Source of the DNA: Pseudomonadales bacterium
GTDB taxonomy: Bacteria; Patescibacteriota; Microgenomatia; UBA1400; PJMF01
Assembly: GCA_020632265.1 (NCBI GenBank)
Contig: JACKFW010000001.1
Coordinates: 919,272 to 983,271 of the forward strand
Direction of reading: 5' to 3'
Length of the DNA stretch: 64,000 nucleotides
Made by a program: the position numbers and the translations under genes. Of the stretch, positions 12,017 through 22,554 are shown piece after piece. Every line of letters begins with the position of its first letter. Positions within the stretch are counted from its first letter, which is position 1. The notes beneath the pieces were generated by a model. It saw only the letters and a program-made list of their open reading frames with translations, was not told the origin of the DNA and did no database searches.

Positions 12017-12090
12017 GGGCCTGTGGCGCAGCTGGTTAGCGTGTCTGTATGGCATACAGAAGGTCAGGGGTTCGAATCCCCTCAGGTCCA
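12017..12090 (+). tRNA. tRNA-Ala (anticodon GGC), no encoded CCA
   Basis: Hand-folded cloverleaf: acceptor GGGCCTG/CAGGTCC with the G3:U70 Ala identity pair; anticodon stem TCTGT/ACAGA with loop ATGGCAT; T-arm AGGGGTTCGAATCCCCT. Confidence 0.85.
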
Positions 12091-12125
12091 CATAATTGAA
12101 ATTTGATTGAAGCTTTTTTTCTATA

Positions 12126-12210
12126 CAGATACTTGACTACTTACGCAGATACTTGACTACTTGTGCAGATTTTTGACTTCTTACACAAATATTTGACTTT
12201 TTGTGTTGAT
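12126..12210. repeat. ~20-bp tandem repeat (cagatacttgactacttacg x ~4, degenerating) between tRNA-Ala and the gyrA 3' end
   Basis: Read directly in the sequence. Each unit contains TTGACT. Confidence 0.7.
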
Positions 12211-12319
12211 GTGATTTGGCCTTATTGCGAACATATGATATGTAAATGGTAAAAAAAATATTAAGATAATGATGCGCCATGAGGTGGACCAAAATCTCGC
12301 TGAGTAGTTAGCTTTTCCT

Positions 12320-15184
12320 TTATTCTTCTCCTTCAGCTTTTTTGAATGTCAAGGCAACTGCTGCGACCTTATTGTTACTCTTGAGTCTCATTAAAATGAC
12401 ACCCTGAGTTGGTCTGGTTAGTGTAGGAATAGATTTTTTGGTTAATGGCAATTTGATAGTTTGTCCTTCCCTAGTAGTGATCACGACTTCTTTATGTTCG
12501 TCGGAATTTACTTTTCGCGCACTTGCGACTAAACCAGTTCGTTTGGTGATGTCTGCAACTTTGACTCCCATGCCAGAGCGTTTTTGTTTTGGATATTGAT
12601 CTAATTTAGTTCTTTTGCCCATGCCGTTTTCAGTGACTAGAAGTAGTTGACTTTTGCATTGACTATCATCAATTTCCTCTTGAGAAATTACTTCAAAACC
12701 AACTACATAATCATCTTTTTTGATTGTGATACCTTTAACACCCTTAGTATCTCTTTGACTTGATTTAACTTCTTTTTCAGAAAATCGAATTGATTTTCCA
12801 TTATGTGTGATTAACATAATGTCATTTTCACCTGTGGTTAACATGCCCTTAACCAAAGAGTCGTCATCATTTAATGTGATTGCAATGATTCCATTTTGTC
12901 TAATATTTCCAAATAATTTCACAGGTGTTTTCTTAATTAATCCCTTGACAGTTGCAAGAACAATAAACCTTTCTTGATCTTTTTCTTCATTAACCACCAA
13001 GATTGAAAGTACTTTTTCTTCAGCCTTGAGACTAAGGATATTTACTACAGCAGTCCCTTTAGCTGTTCTTGAAGATTCAGGAATTTCAAATGCTTTAAGT
13101 CTAAATACTCTGCCCATGTCTGTGAAAACTAGCAAGGTATCGTGTGTTTCAACTGTTAAGAGGGTTTGTACTACATCTTCATCTTTCATTTTTACACCAA
13201 CACTCCCCTTGCCTCCTCTAGATTGAGATCTAAATGAACTTGGACTAAGACGCTTGATATATCCAGTTTCAGTTAGGGTAATCACTGCTTCTTCATTTGG
13301 TACGAGGTCTTGTTCGGAAAACTCACCAATTTTTCCCTTAACAAGCCTGGTTCTTCTCTCATCTCCATAAAGACTGACTAATTCATTGGCTTCATCAACA
13401 ATGACTTTAAGAATTTCTTTTGGATTATCGAGCAGTTTTATTAAGTCATCAAGAATTTTTTTGATCGCTTCATACTCTTCTTCAATTTTCAATCTCTCAA
13501 GTGCAGCTAAACGCTTAAGTTGCATTTCTAAAATTGCTAATGATTGTAGCTCAGAGAGACCAAATTTTTTCATTAATGCTTCTTTAGCATCTTCAGTTGT
13601 TTTTGATTTTCTGATTGTGTCGATAACATCATCAAGATTTGCTAAGGCAATCAATAGTCCTTCTAAAATATGTGCTCTGTTTCGAGATTCTTCAAGATTA
13701 TATTGACTTCTCTTCACGATCATTTGTTGTCGATGCTTGATGTATTCCATCAAAATTTGACGAATATTCATTAATTGTGGAGTGCCATTACTATTAAGTG
13801 CCACCATGTTCATAGAAAAACTGGTTTGAAGTTCGGAATATTTGAATAATTTATTTAGCACAACCTTTGGTCTAGCATCTCTTTTGAGTTCAATGGTAAT
13901 TTGAAGCCCATTTCTGTCGGAGTCATCATTCAAATCTTTGATGCCTGTGATTTTTTTATCCCTCACTAAACTTGCAATTTTTTGCAACAATCTAGCTTTG
14001 TTGACCTGATATGGAAGCTCAGTCACTATTATTTGATATTGTCCTTTGTTATCTTCCTCAATTTTAGTTTTTGCTCTAATGACAACTTTACCTTTTCCGG
14101 TCTGGTAACCTTCCTTAATTGCATTGAAATCGTAAATAATACCTGCGGTTGGGAAATCAGGACCATTAATGTGTTCCATAATTTCATCAATTGTAATTTC
14201 AGATTCGAAGTTGCCAGAAAGAATTGAAGAATCAGTTTCAAGCAAAGCATCGATTTGAGCATGCATGCTTTTTATTTCATCATCTTTGTTATTATTACTC
14301 TTTGGGGTAGCTTCTTTTCTAATTGGTAGAACAAATTTACCTTCCTCGATTTTTGACTCTCCTTTATTAATCGTAGCAATGATTGCATTAATTACTTCAG
14401 TTAAATTGTGTGGTGGAATTTTAGTAGCCATTCCTACGGCAATTCCTTCTGAACCCATAAGCAAGAGATTTGGAAGTTTTCCAGGCAAAACAGTTGGCTC
14501 TTTAAGTGAACCGTCAAAGTTATCAATAAAAGGAACGGTATTTTTATCAATATCAACCAAGAGTTCTCTGGTAATTTTTTCCATTCTGGCTTCGGTGTAA
14601 CGCATAGCGGCTGGAGAGTCTCCGTCAACAGATCCAAAGTTACCTTGACCATCAATTAATTCATATCTCATGCTGAAATCTTGAGCTAAACGAACCATTG
14701 CCATGTAGACTGGAGCATCGCCGTGTGGGTGATATTTACCTAAGACATCTCCCACAATACGAGCAGATTTCTTATATGAACTATTCCAATGAATTCCAGT
14801 TTTATGCATGGAAAATAGAATACGTCTGTGTACTGGTTTTAATCCATCTCTAACGTCTGGTAACGCACGCGAAACGATCACGCTCATGGCGTAATCTAGG
14901 TAACTTTTTTCCATCTCACTTTTAATTGAGATGTATTTCATTTTTCCAAATTTTGTTTCTTCGATAGTGCCTATTAAAGATTGTTTAACTTCTTGCGATT
15001 GTGATTCTTGAGAAGCATTTTCAGATTCAGAATTTTCAGAATTTTCACCATTATTTGTTTCATCGGAGATATTATTATTTTCAGGCATAACCTTTTTATC
15101 AACTTTTACTTCATCGTCAGTTAAGTTTTCGATTGCTACCTTAATTTGCTTTTCATTGTCTTTTTTATTTTTTTTGTCTGCCAT
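12320..15184 (-). CDS. gyrA: DNA gyrase subunit A with ~80-aa low-complexity N-terminal extension
   Basis: [45 protein letters not shown] plus the C-terminal beta-pinwheel repeats. The N-terminus is K/N/E/S-rich. Confidence 0.95.
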   Translation of the reverse strand: MADKKNKKDNEKQIKVAIENLTDDEVKVDKKVMPENNNISDETNNGENSENSESENASQESQSQEVKQSLIGTIEETKFGKMKYISIKSEMEKSYLDYAMSVIVSRALPDVRDGLKPVHRRILFSMHKTGIHWNSSYKKSARIVGDVLGKYHPHGDAPVYMAMVRLAQDFSMRYELIDGQGNFGSVDGDSPAAMRYTEARMEKITRELLVDIDKNTVPFIDNFDGSLKEPTVLPGKLPNLLLMGSEGIAVGMATKIPPHNLTEVINAIIATINKGESKIEEGKFVLPIRKEATPKSNNNKDDEIKSMHAQIDALLETDSSILSGNFESEITIDEIMEHINGPDFPTAGIIYDFNAIKEGYQTGKGKVVIRAKTKIEEDNKGQYQIIVTELPYQVNKARLLQKIASLVRDKKITGIKDLNDDSDRNGLQITIELKRDARPKVVLNKLFKYSELQTSFSMNMVALNSNGTPQLMNIRQILMEYIKHRQQMIVKRSQYNLEESRNRAHILEGLLIALANLDDVIDTIRKSKTTEDAKEALMKKFGLSELQSLAILEMQLKRLAALERLKIEEEYEAIKKILDDLIKLLDNPKEILKVIVDEANELVSLYGDERRTRLVKGKIGEFSEQDLVPNEEAVITLTETGYIKRLSPSSFRSQSRGGKGSVGVKMKDEDVVQTLLTVETHDTLLVFTDMGRVFRLKAFEIPESSRTAKGTAVVNILSLKAEEKVLSILVVNEEKDQERFIVLATVKGLIKKTPVKLFGNIRQNGIIAITLNDDDSLVKGMLTTGENDIMLITHNGKSIRFSEKEVKSSQRDTKGVKGITIKKDDYVVGFEVISQEEIDDSQCKSQLLLVTENGMGKRTKLDQYPKQKRSGMGVKVADITKRTGLVASARKVNSDEHKEVVITTREGQTIKLPLTKKSIPTLTRPTQGVILMRLKSNNKVAAVALTFKKAEGEE

Positions 15185-15272
15185 ATGCTAGGATTTTTCA
15201 AATTTGTTTTATTAATTCCACTTATAATTCGTTTTAGTTTATTTTGTTCACTTAATTTTGCGTTGCAATTTA

Positions 15273-15352
15273 TTTTCAGGCATAACCTTTTTATCAACTT
15301 TTACTTCATCGTCAGTTAAGTTTTCGATTGTTACCTTAATTTTGCGTTGCAA
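15273..15352. repeat. ~75-bp duplicate of the gyrA 5' coding segment (copy of 15078-15150) in the upstream leader
   Basis: ttttcaggcataacctttttatcaacttttacttcatcgtcagttaagttttcgattg(c/t)taccttaatt occurs twice. cttaattttgcgttgcaa is also repeated at 15251 and 15335. Confidence 0.75.
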
Positions 15353-15371
15353 CATATTTTTTCATCACAAT

Positions 15372-16316
15372 CTATTTTAGCGTTGCTTCAATTGCTGGAG
15401 CAATCTCTTTCTTTCTTGACATTTTTTGACCAATGTCTAGAACACCATCAATCACTTTGCCTCCAAATGCTTTCTGAGCCACGTCTTTTTCTGCATCTGA
15501 AAGAATGAGTAATTTAGTGTTTACTTGCAAGATGTCTGTAATAGCAACAAAAAGCAAATCAACAGCAAGGTCTGTCTTAACGTTTTGCATCGCCTCAAGT
15601 AAACTTGCTTTTTTCTTGGTTAAAACCATTGATTGTTCGACAGTTTCGAGTTGATCAATCATGGTTTTTTTACCAAATTCAAATATTTTGTAGTCATTTT
15701 TAACTATTTGTTCATCGGAAAGCGATGAAATATCAGATTTTGCTTTAAAAATTTCTAGCGCAAATGCATTCAGATCATTAATTTGAGCAATATCAGCTAG
15801 TTCTTTGCTGAGCTCTTTGTCTTTGTCAGTAGATGTAGAACTTTTAAAGCCAACGGTGTCTGAAAGAATTGCAGCTAACATCAGAGATGCAAGCTTTTTG
15901 TCTGGTTTAACGCCATTTTGTTTCATTAGGAAGTAAACGATAGTGCTTGAAGATCCCCAGGCTTTAAATGTTAGAAAAATGGGTTGAGCAAGATTTAGAT
16001 TAACCTTGTGATGGTCTACAATTTCAACGATTTGATCCTCATTCATTCCGTCAAATCTTTGATTTACTTCATTATGGTCAACTAAAATAACTTTGTCGTG
16101 TTTAGTAATTGTGGCTGAAGTAATTAATTTTGGTGAAACAACGTTAAATTTTTTGAATAAAAATTTAGTTTCTGGATTTAGCGGATCACAAATAACAGCA
16201 TGTGGGTTTTCATGACAAAAGCAATTACAATTTTTATATAAATATTCAAGAGCCATTGAAGCAACGACTGCGTCTGTATCAGGTTTCTGGTGGCCGATGA
16301 TGTATGTTTTTGGCAT
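15372..16316 (-). CDS. ppaC: Manganese-dependent inorganic pyrophosphatase (family II, DHH)
   Basis: GHQKPDTDAVVASMA, LVDHNE and VDHHK DHH/DHHA2 motifs. Co-linear with Bacillus-type PpaC. Confidence 0.8.
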   Translation of the reverse strand: MPKTYIIGHQKPDTDAVVASMALEYLYKNCNCFCHENPHAVICDPLNPETKFLFKKFNVVSPKLITSATITKHDKVILVDHNEVNQRFDGMNEDQIVEIVDHHKVNLNLAQPIFLTFKAWGSSSTIVYFLMKQNGVKPDKKLASLMLAAILSDTVGFKSSTSTDKDKELSKELADIAQINDLNAFALEIFKAKSDISSLSDEQIVKNDYKIFEFGKKTMIDQLETVEQSMVLTKKKASLLEAMQNVKTDLAVDLLFVAITDILQVNTKLLILSDAEKDVAQKAFGGKVIDGVLDIGQKMSRKKEIAPAIEATLK

Positions 16317-16346
16317 AATTTATTAGCTGTTTTTTTACTAATCTTA

Positions 16347-16766
16347 CTAAGACTTATTTAGAGAAGCCTGTATATTTTTAAGAAGAAACGTCACATCAGG
16401 ATTCAAATCATTACTTATTGTTGATTGTTTAAAATAACCTTCTATTATAATTGTGATAGTACTTATTTCATAAGGGCTTGTAGGATTGAAGCAACTTGCT
16501 AAAATAAAAGGTAGATCTTCTGGCTCGAATAAAAATTTTGATTCACCTTCTCCATTTTTAAAGGATATATTATCTTTATTTTGCAAAAATATTTTTCTTA
16601 TTCTCAGACATTTGTTAAATATTTTAGATATATTCGCTACTGTTCTTGGCAATTCATTGAGCTCATTCATCAGTCGCCTTACTTCAAGTAAATTTTTATC
16701 AATTTCCTCTTGTATACTAAATTCTAATAGTTGTTCAAGTTTTTCGGAGTTAGCTGCAGCATTCAT
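16347..16766 (-). CDS. Hypothetical protein (139 aa) between ppaC and gyrB
   Basis: ORF only; no recognisable motif. The N-terminal half is predicted helical. Confidence 0.3.
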   Translation of the reverse strand: MNAAANSEKLEQLLEFSIQEEIDKNLLEVRRLMNELNELPRTVANISKIFNKCLRIRKIFLQNKDNISFKNGEGESKFLFEPEDLPFILASCFNPTSPYEISTITIIIEGYFKQSTISNDLNPDVTFLLKNIQASLNKS

Positions 16767-16807
16767 AGTTCCTTTCGTTTTATTTGCAAATAATTAATAA
16801 TACTAAA

Positions 16808-18829
16808 CTAAATATCAATTGTTGCTAGTTTTGCATGAGTTTGAATAAACTTTTTTCTAGGTGCTACATCATCACCCATTAATGTGCTAAATGTTTGATC
16901 AGCTTTATCAGCATCGTCAATTGTGATGCGCTTGAGCATTCTATATTTAGGGTTCATGGTTGTTTCCCAAAGTTGTTCTGGGTTCATTTCTCCAAGACCT
17001 TTGTATCTTTGGATGCCAATATTTGCACTTGGATTATCCTTAAGTATTTCAGCTATATAGATATCTTTTTCATCATCGGTATAAACATACTTCTCAGTTT
17101 TACCTACTTTTATTTTGAATAAAGGTGGCATAGCAACATATAGATAACCTTGCTCCACGATTTTTGGTAAATGTCTAAAGAAAAAAGTTAATCCCAGCGT
17201 AGTGATGTGCTCTCCGTCTACATCAGCGTCATTCATGAGGATAATGCGGTGATATCGAAGTTTGTCTGGATTGAAGGTCTCCCCTATCCCTGCACCCAGT
17301 GCTATCACTAAGTTTTTTAATTCTTCAAAAGCTACAATTTTGTCTAATCTAGCACGCTCGGTATTAAGAATTTTACCTCTGAGTGGAAAGATGGCTTGAA
17401 ATTTTCTATCTCTACCTTGTTTGGCGGAACCACCGGCTGAATCTCCCTCAACAATATAAATTTCACATTCGGAAGCAATTTTGCTCTGACAGTCAGCTAA
17501 TTTTCCAGGTAAGGTGCTGCCTTCAAGTACGCCTTTTCTAATTACCGCATCTTTAGCGGCGCGAGCAGCCATTCTGGCTCTTGCTGAAAGCATAATTTTT
17601 TCAATAATGGTTTTACCAGCTTTTGGATTTTCTTCTAGAAATGTTGAGAAACCATCTTTGAAAATCTGATAAACTGCAGTTTGTGCCTCAGAATTATTTA
17701 GTTTAGTTTTGGTTTGAGACTCAAATTGGAGATCATTTGCAGGCATTTTAACAAAAATTACTGCTGCCAAACCTTCTCTCATGTCGTCTGGAGTAAATGA
17801 CTCTTTTTCTTTTAGTAAATTATGTTCTTTAGCGTAATCTCTCAGAACATAACCAATTGCGTTTCTAAATCCATTTACGTGTGCACCACCGTCAGGCGTG
17901 TGAATAACATTGACGTATGATTCAAGTTTTTCGGTATAAGAATCATTATATTGAAGTGCAATTTCTACACCAATATATTTGCCTGTAACTTCGTCTGTCC
18001 AATCTTTGTTGACATAAACGACGTCATGAAGTGGTTTTCGAGTCATGTTAATGTGTTCAACTAAAGACCTAATTCCACCTTCGAAGTAAAAATGTTGCTC
18101 CTTATTGATAATTTCGTCATGGAATTCGAAATAAATTCCAGCCATTAAATAGGCTCGGTCCTTGATAACATTAATTAAGGTTTTGTGATTTAAAGTTGTT
18201 GTAGAAAAAATTGTTGAATCTGGTACAAAACTTAATAACGTTCCAGTTTCATGCGACATAAATTTTCTTGCAGATGTTGGAAACATTTTAATAACTTCGG
18301 CATCTGAAACAACTTTAACTGGAGCCAAAGGGATACCTCTAGAATGAGCTTGGTAGTGAAATTTATTATCTCTTTTGACTACCACCTGTAGCAAGGTTGA
18401 TAGGGCATTAACTGCTGAAGATCCAACTCCATGAAGACCTCCGGATGCTTGATAGGCTGTTTCTTCAAACTTTCCACCCGCATGAAGCTTGGTCATCACT
18501 ACTTCTAAAGCTGACACACCAGAAGCATGCATATCGACTGGAATTCCACGACCATTATCAACAACAGTAATTGCTTCTTTACCCGATTCTTTTGTTCCAA
18601 TCAGTTTAATTTGAGTTTCAGTGAGTGGTGATCTAAAAAGTTGAATTGTTTTACCAAATCCCGCAATTGCTTCATCAACAGCATTATCTAAAATTTCTTT
18701 TGCGAGATGATGAAGTCCTCTTGCATCAGTGGATCCAATATACATTCCAGGGCGTTTTCGCACCGGTTCAAGACCTTCTAGAACCTTAATTTCTGAGGCT
18801 TTATATTTTGATGTGAGTTTGTTTTCCAT
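16808..18829 (-). CDS. gyrB: DNA gyrase subunit B
   Basis: GHKL ATPase motifs (LHHLAKEILDNAVDE, VVDNGRGIP) and the TOPRIM region EGDSAGGSAKQGRDR. Confidence 0.95.
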   Translation of the reverse strand: MENKLTSKYKASEIKVLEGLEPVRKRPGMYIGSTDARGLHHLAKEILDNAVDEAIAGFGKTIQLFRSPLTETQIKLIGTKESGKEAITVVDNGRGIPVDMHASGVSALEVVMTKLHAGGKFEETAYQASGGLHGVGSSAVNALSTLLQVVVKRDNKFHYQAHSRGIPLAPVKVVSDAEVIKMFPTSARKFMSHETGTLLSFVPDSTIFSTTTLNHKTLINVIKDRAYLMAGIYFEFHDEIINKEQHFYFEGGIRSLVEHINMTRKPLHDVVYVNKDWTDEVTGKYIGVEIALQYNDSYTEKLESYVNVIHTPDGGAHVNGFRNAIGYVLRDYAKEHNLLKEKESFTPDDMREGLAAVIFVKMPANDLQFESQTKTKLNNSEAQTAVYQIFKDGFSTFLEENPKAGKTIIEKIMLSARARMAARAAKDAVIRKGVLEGSTLPGKLADCQSKIASECEIYIVEGDSAGGSAKQGRDRKFQAIFPLRGKILNTERARLDKIVAFEELKNLVIALGAGIGETFNPDKLRYHRIILMNDADVDGEHITTLGLTFFFRHLPKIVEQGYLYVAMPPLFKIKVGKTEKYVYTDDEKDIYIAEILKDNPSANIGIQRYKGLGEMNPEQLWETTMNPKYRMLKRITIDDADKADQTFSTLMGDDVAPRKKFIQTHAKLATIDI

Positions 18830-19184
18830 ATAAAATTCAATAGATTAGAAACACTTTTATATCATACTTGAATGTTAAATTCAAAAGTTAAGGGCAGAAT
18901 TATTTAATTTCGATAATTTTATTACTTATGGTCAATTCTAATAACTATCATCTTACTATATTTTTAGCCAATATAATAGTGTTATTTACTTAGATATTGT
19001 CCTAAAAAATTCATAATGCGTTGAGGCACTGCTAAAAGAATGTTTCTCTAGTAAAATATTAATTTAGCAGTCAACATATATCTCTGCTAAATTGACTTTC
19101 TAATAAAATATTTTGATATATAGATGTATTATTACTGTATATATTGATATATTAATAAACCTATTGATATATTAAGATCAATAA

Positions 19185-19913
19185 TTATTGATTTATCATC
19201 TTAAAAAAACAATTTTCTATTGTTAATTTTGTATTTGTATTTTGACTGAGCATTTTTAAAGTTTCTAAAATAATTTTTAGATGTCTACTGATTGTGTTTT
19301 TTGGATAAATTGATGATTTATTTGTTAATTCTTGATGTAAAAAATTGAGCAAATTACTAAGCAGTTTATCAGCGTCTACTCTGTCTTTGTAAGTGTTAGA
19401 GAATTCAATTAGTTCGAAGTGCTTTGAAGATAGAATTGTTTTATATATTTGTGCAATTTGAGTAAAATTTCTATTTTGAGCAAGTAGTGATTTTTTTAAA
19501 GAAACTACCTCGCAACGAGAGATAATTGTTGGAAGTAGCTTTTCAATTGTTGTAGTAAGCAATACAATCTGAGTATTTACTGGTGGTTCTTCAATTGACT
19601 TTAGTGCAGCATTTTGTGCTTGTAAGGTTGCTAAATCTGAGTTAAAGAAGACAAAATATCTGCGATTAAGATCATAATTCGAGAATGAAAGATCTTGGTT
19701 AAAATTTCTTACGTCTTCTATCTTAATGCTCTCCCCTTCAGGATTCATAAATCTAAAAGAAGGATTATTTAATATAGTTTCTTTTTCCACTTTGCCTTCA
19801 AAATTTCCCGCTTCGCTTTCCAACCATTCAATGAATACATCAAAATAATTTGCTTCATTATCGTGCTCTATTAATGTAGAAATATAGTGTTTGAGATGGT
19901 TTCTAGTATTCAT
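19185..19913 (-). CDS. holB: DNA polymerase III delta'-like clamp-loader subunit (degenerate, no P-loop)
   Basis: NAALKSIEEPPVNTQIVLLTTTIEKLLPTIISRCEV matches the sensor-1/SRC motif region of delta'. Walker A is absent. Located upstream of gyrB. Confidence 0.5.
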   Translation of the reverse strand: MNTRNHLKHYISTLIEHDNEANYFDVFIEWLESEAGNFEGKVEKETILNNPSFRFMNPEGESIKIEDVRNFNQDLSFSNYDLNRRYFVFFNSDLATLQAQNAALKSIEEPPVNTQIVLLTTTIEKLLPTIISRCEVVSLKKSLLAQNRNFTQIAQIYKTILSSKHFELIEFSNTYKDRVDADKLLSNLLNFLHQELTNKSSIYPKNTISRHLKIILETLKMLSQNTNTKLTIENCFFKMINQ

Positions 19914-20034
19914 AATTCATTCTTTATCTATCCCTCATTGTTTCGAGATAGATTTTATTTTATAGTAGTGTTTAGTAGTTATTTAACTTTGAATTTTAAG
20001 TTGCGTATTTATTCTTTAATTCAGAGTATACATT

Positions 20035-22545
20035 ATGTTTGATCCTGCCCAGTCAAATAATTCTACCCAGTCAAATGATTCTACCCAGTCAAATGATTCG
20101 CTTCAGGTTCCACAAGAAGAACCAGTTAGAATTAGTGGCTCTCGGGTTGATGCTAATCAGGTTGATGCTAATCAGACTAATGTTTACCAGGCTGACAACT
20201 CCCCTTCTACGTTTACCCCACCGGTGATTGTTTCAACTAATGATGATTCAACTCAGGGAGTTGTTGATCCTGCAGTTTTGAATCAAACATACATTTCTCA
20301 AAATCAAGACAATATTGTTAGTTCAAGTGTAGCTCCAATAGTGGATCCGCAATCTATTGATCCAGCTTTGGTTCAAACTACCGATCCAGCTTTGGTTCAA
20401 ACTACCGATCCAGCTTCAGATCAAGCTACCGATCCAGCTTCAGGTCAAGCTGTTGATCCGACAAATACAGATATTCAACAAATTAATTTAAGCCAACCAA
20501 CAAAAATTGAAGATCTTAATATAGACCAAACTGGAGAAACGATTATTGCGGCTAATGAAACAAAAAATGATGTTAATGGAGGACAGGTTGTTGCATCGGC
20601 AGCTGAAATGGAACAAGTTGCGAGTTCGCTAGAAGCAGATGTTGAAAATATTGCCGCCAACTCAACCAATCAGATGGTAGATGAAACAAAAGGGGAAAAT
20701 ACCAACCAAGTAGCTAAGGTTCCAAATACTTCACTGACTACAGATCCAAATCAAACAAATCCGGTGAATGCTGTTTTAGATCAACCAATTCCAAAAGGAA
20801 TTGATCTAAATAAAAATTACGCAAATATTATTGATGTTTTAAAGGATCAAGGCTTAATTACTGCTGATGAGTCTAATCAGATAATGGTTGAGAATATTAG
20901 TTCAGGAAAAACTTATTCAACAATTTTGGAGGAAAATAAATTTGTTAAAGAAGAAGATTTAGTCAGAGCAAAGTCAATTGTAGATAAAATTCCATTTATT
21001 AGAATTTCTGAATCTGGAACTGATCCTCAGGCACTAACTCAAATTCCCGAAGGAGTTGCTCGAAATTATGGAATGTTGCCAATTTCTTATGACAAGGAGA
21101 AAAATTCTCTTGTGGTAGCCATGAAAAATCCTCTTGATTTATCAGCAATTGACTTTGCTGAGCAAAAATCAGGTCTAAAGATTATCGCTAAATATGCCAT
21201 GCCTTCGGAATTAGAAAGAAAGATTGCGGAGAATTATTCACAAAGCTTGTCAAGTGAAGTTACTGAAGCATTAGAACAGACTTCTGAAGTTGCTGATGAT
21301 AGAGTTAAAAAATTAAATTTGAAAGCCATTTCTGGAGAAACCATCAGACAAGCTCCAATAACTAAAATTGTTCAAACAATTGTAAGTTTTGCTATGAAAG
21401 CTAGGGCTTCTGATATTCATATTGAGCCTCAAGAAGAAAGAACGAGAGTTAGATATAGAATTGATGGAATTTTAGTTGAAAAATTGATTCTACCAAAGTC
21501 TGTTCATGAGGCAGTTGTTTCAAGAGTTAAAATTCTGTCTGGATTGAAAATTGATGAAAAACGTATTCCTCAAGACGGACGTTTTAATTTTATTTCAGGT
21601 GATAAAGAAGTTGACTTACGTGTTTCTACTCTACCAACTGTCAATGGTGAAAAGATAGTGATGCGTCTTTTGAAGAAAGATGCTGCGGTTCCAGGTTTAG
21701 AAGAACTTGGTTTGACAGGAATGGCATTGCGTCATGTTAAAGATTCAATCAAAGTTCCTCATGGAATTATTTTGGTTACGGGACCAACTGGATCAGGTAA
21801 GACTACTACACTTTATTCAGTTCTGCATACAATTAATACCCCTCAAGTAAACATTATGACTCTTGAGGATCCTGTTGAGTATCAGATGTCGAGCGTCAAT
21901 CAAGTTCAAATTAATCAACAAGCAGGATTAACTTTTTCGTCTGGATTACGTTCTTTTTTAAGACAGGATCCGAATATTATCATGGTGGGAGAAATTCGCG
22001 ATAGTGAAACGGCAGATCTTGCTGTACAGGCTTCATTGACTGGTCACTTAGTTTTTTCGACCCTTCATACTTCTTCAGCGGCTGGAGCAATTCCTCGTCT
22101 CTTAGACATGGGAGTCGAGCCTTTTCTATTAGCTTCTTCGCTGACACTGGCAATGGCGCAACGTGTGGTAAGAAAGATCAATGACGAGTATAAAGAAAAA
22201 TACAAACCTGAAAATGCGGTCGTTGAAGATATCAAAAAAGTTTTAGGACCTAGATTAGATGAATGGTTAAGAAAAAATAATCAAAAAGTTGAAAATATTC
22301 AATTATACAGAGCTAAAGAGGAAAGACCTCAAACCGAACCAGAATACAAAGGTCGTGTAGCTATTTTTGAAGTTATGCCTATTTCTGAGGGAATCGCAAA
22401 ATTGATTTTGGAACGTAAACCTTCATCTGATATGGAGAAGTTAGCTACTGCAGACGGGATGTTATTAATGAAACAAGATGGATATATAAAAGCGCTAGAC
22501 GGTCTTACAACGATAGAGGAAGTTTTGCGCGTAGCACAAATATAA
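20035..22545 (+). CDS. pilB: Type IV pilus assembly ATPase PilB/GspE with ~270-aa repeat-rich N-terminal extension
   Basis: The C-terminal 560 aa carry the GspE N-domain, Walker A ILVTGPTGSGKTTT, Asp/His boxes and the tetracysteine-like region. The N-terminus has STQSND, VDANQ and TDPALVQT tandem repeats. Confidence 0.85.
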   Translation: MFDPAQSNNSTQSNDSTQSNDSLQVPQEEPVRISGSRVDANQVDANQTNVYQADNSPSTFTPPVIVSTNDDSTQGVVDPAVLNQTYISQNQDNIVSSSVAPIVDPQSIDPALVQTTDPALVQTTDPASDQATDPASGQAVDPTNTDIQQINLSQPTKIEDLNIDQTGETIIAANETKNDVNGGQVVASAAEMEQVASSLEADVENIAANSTNQMVDETKGENTNQVAKVPNTSLTTDPNQTNPVNAVLDQPIPKGIDLNKNYANIIDVLKDQGLITADESNQIMVENISSGKTYSTILEENKFVKEEDLVRAKSIVDKIPFIRISESGTDPQALTQIPEGVARNYGMLPISYDKEKNSLVVAMKNPLDLSAIDFAEQKSGLKIIAKYAMPSELERKIAENYSQSLSSEVTEALEQTSEVADDRVKKLNLKAISGETIRQAPITKIVQTIVSFAMKARASDIHIEPQEERTRVRYRIDGILVEKLILPKSVHEAVVSRVKILSGLKIDEKRIPQDGRFNFISGDKEVDLRVSTLPTVNGEKIVMRLLKKDAAVPGLEELGLTGMALRHVKDSIKVPHGIILVTGPTGSGKTTTLYSVLHTINTPQVNIMTLEDPVEYQMSSVNQVQINQQAGLTFSSGLRSFLRQDPNIIMVGEIRDSETADLAVQASLTGHLVFSTLHTSSAAGAIPRLLDMGVEPFLLASSLTLAMAQRVVRKINDEYKEKYKPENAVVEDIKKVLGPRLDEWLRKNNQKVENIQLYRAKEERPQTEPEYKGRVAIFEVMPISEGIAKLILERKPSSDMEKLATADGMLLMKQDGYIKALDGLTTIEEVLRVAQI

Positions 22546-22554
22546 GGAAATATT

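Noticed and set aside
13026-14655. Several 60-110-aa ORFs on both strands inside gyrA, and similar small ORFs inside gyrB, the giant protein, recG, pheT and others.
   Set aside because: They are fully nested within long, well-supported genes and show low-complexity translations typical of frame artefacts.
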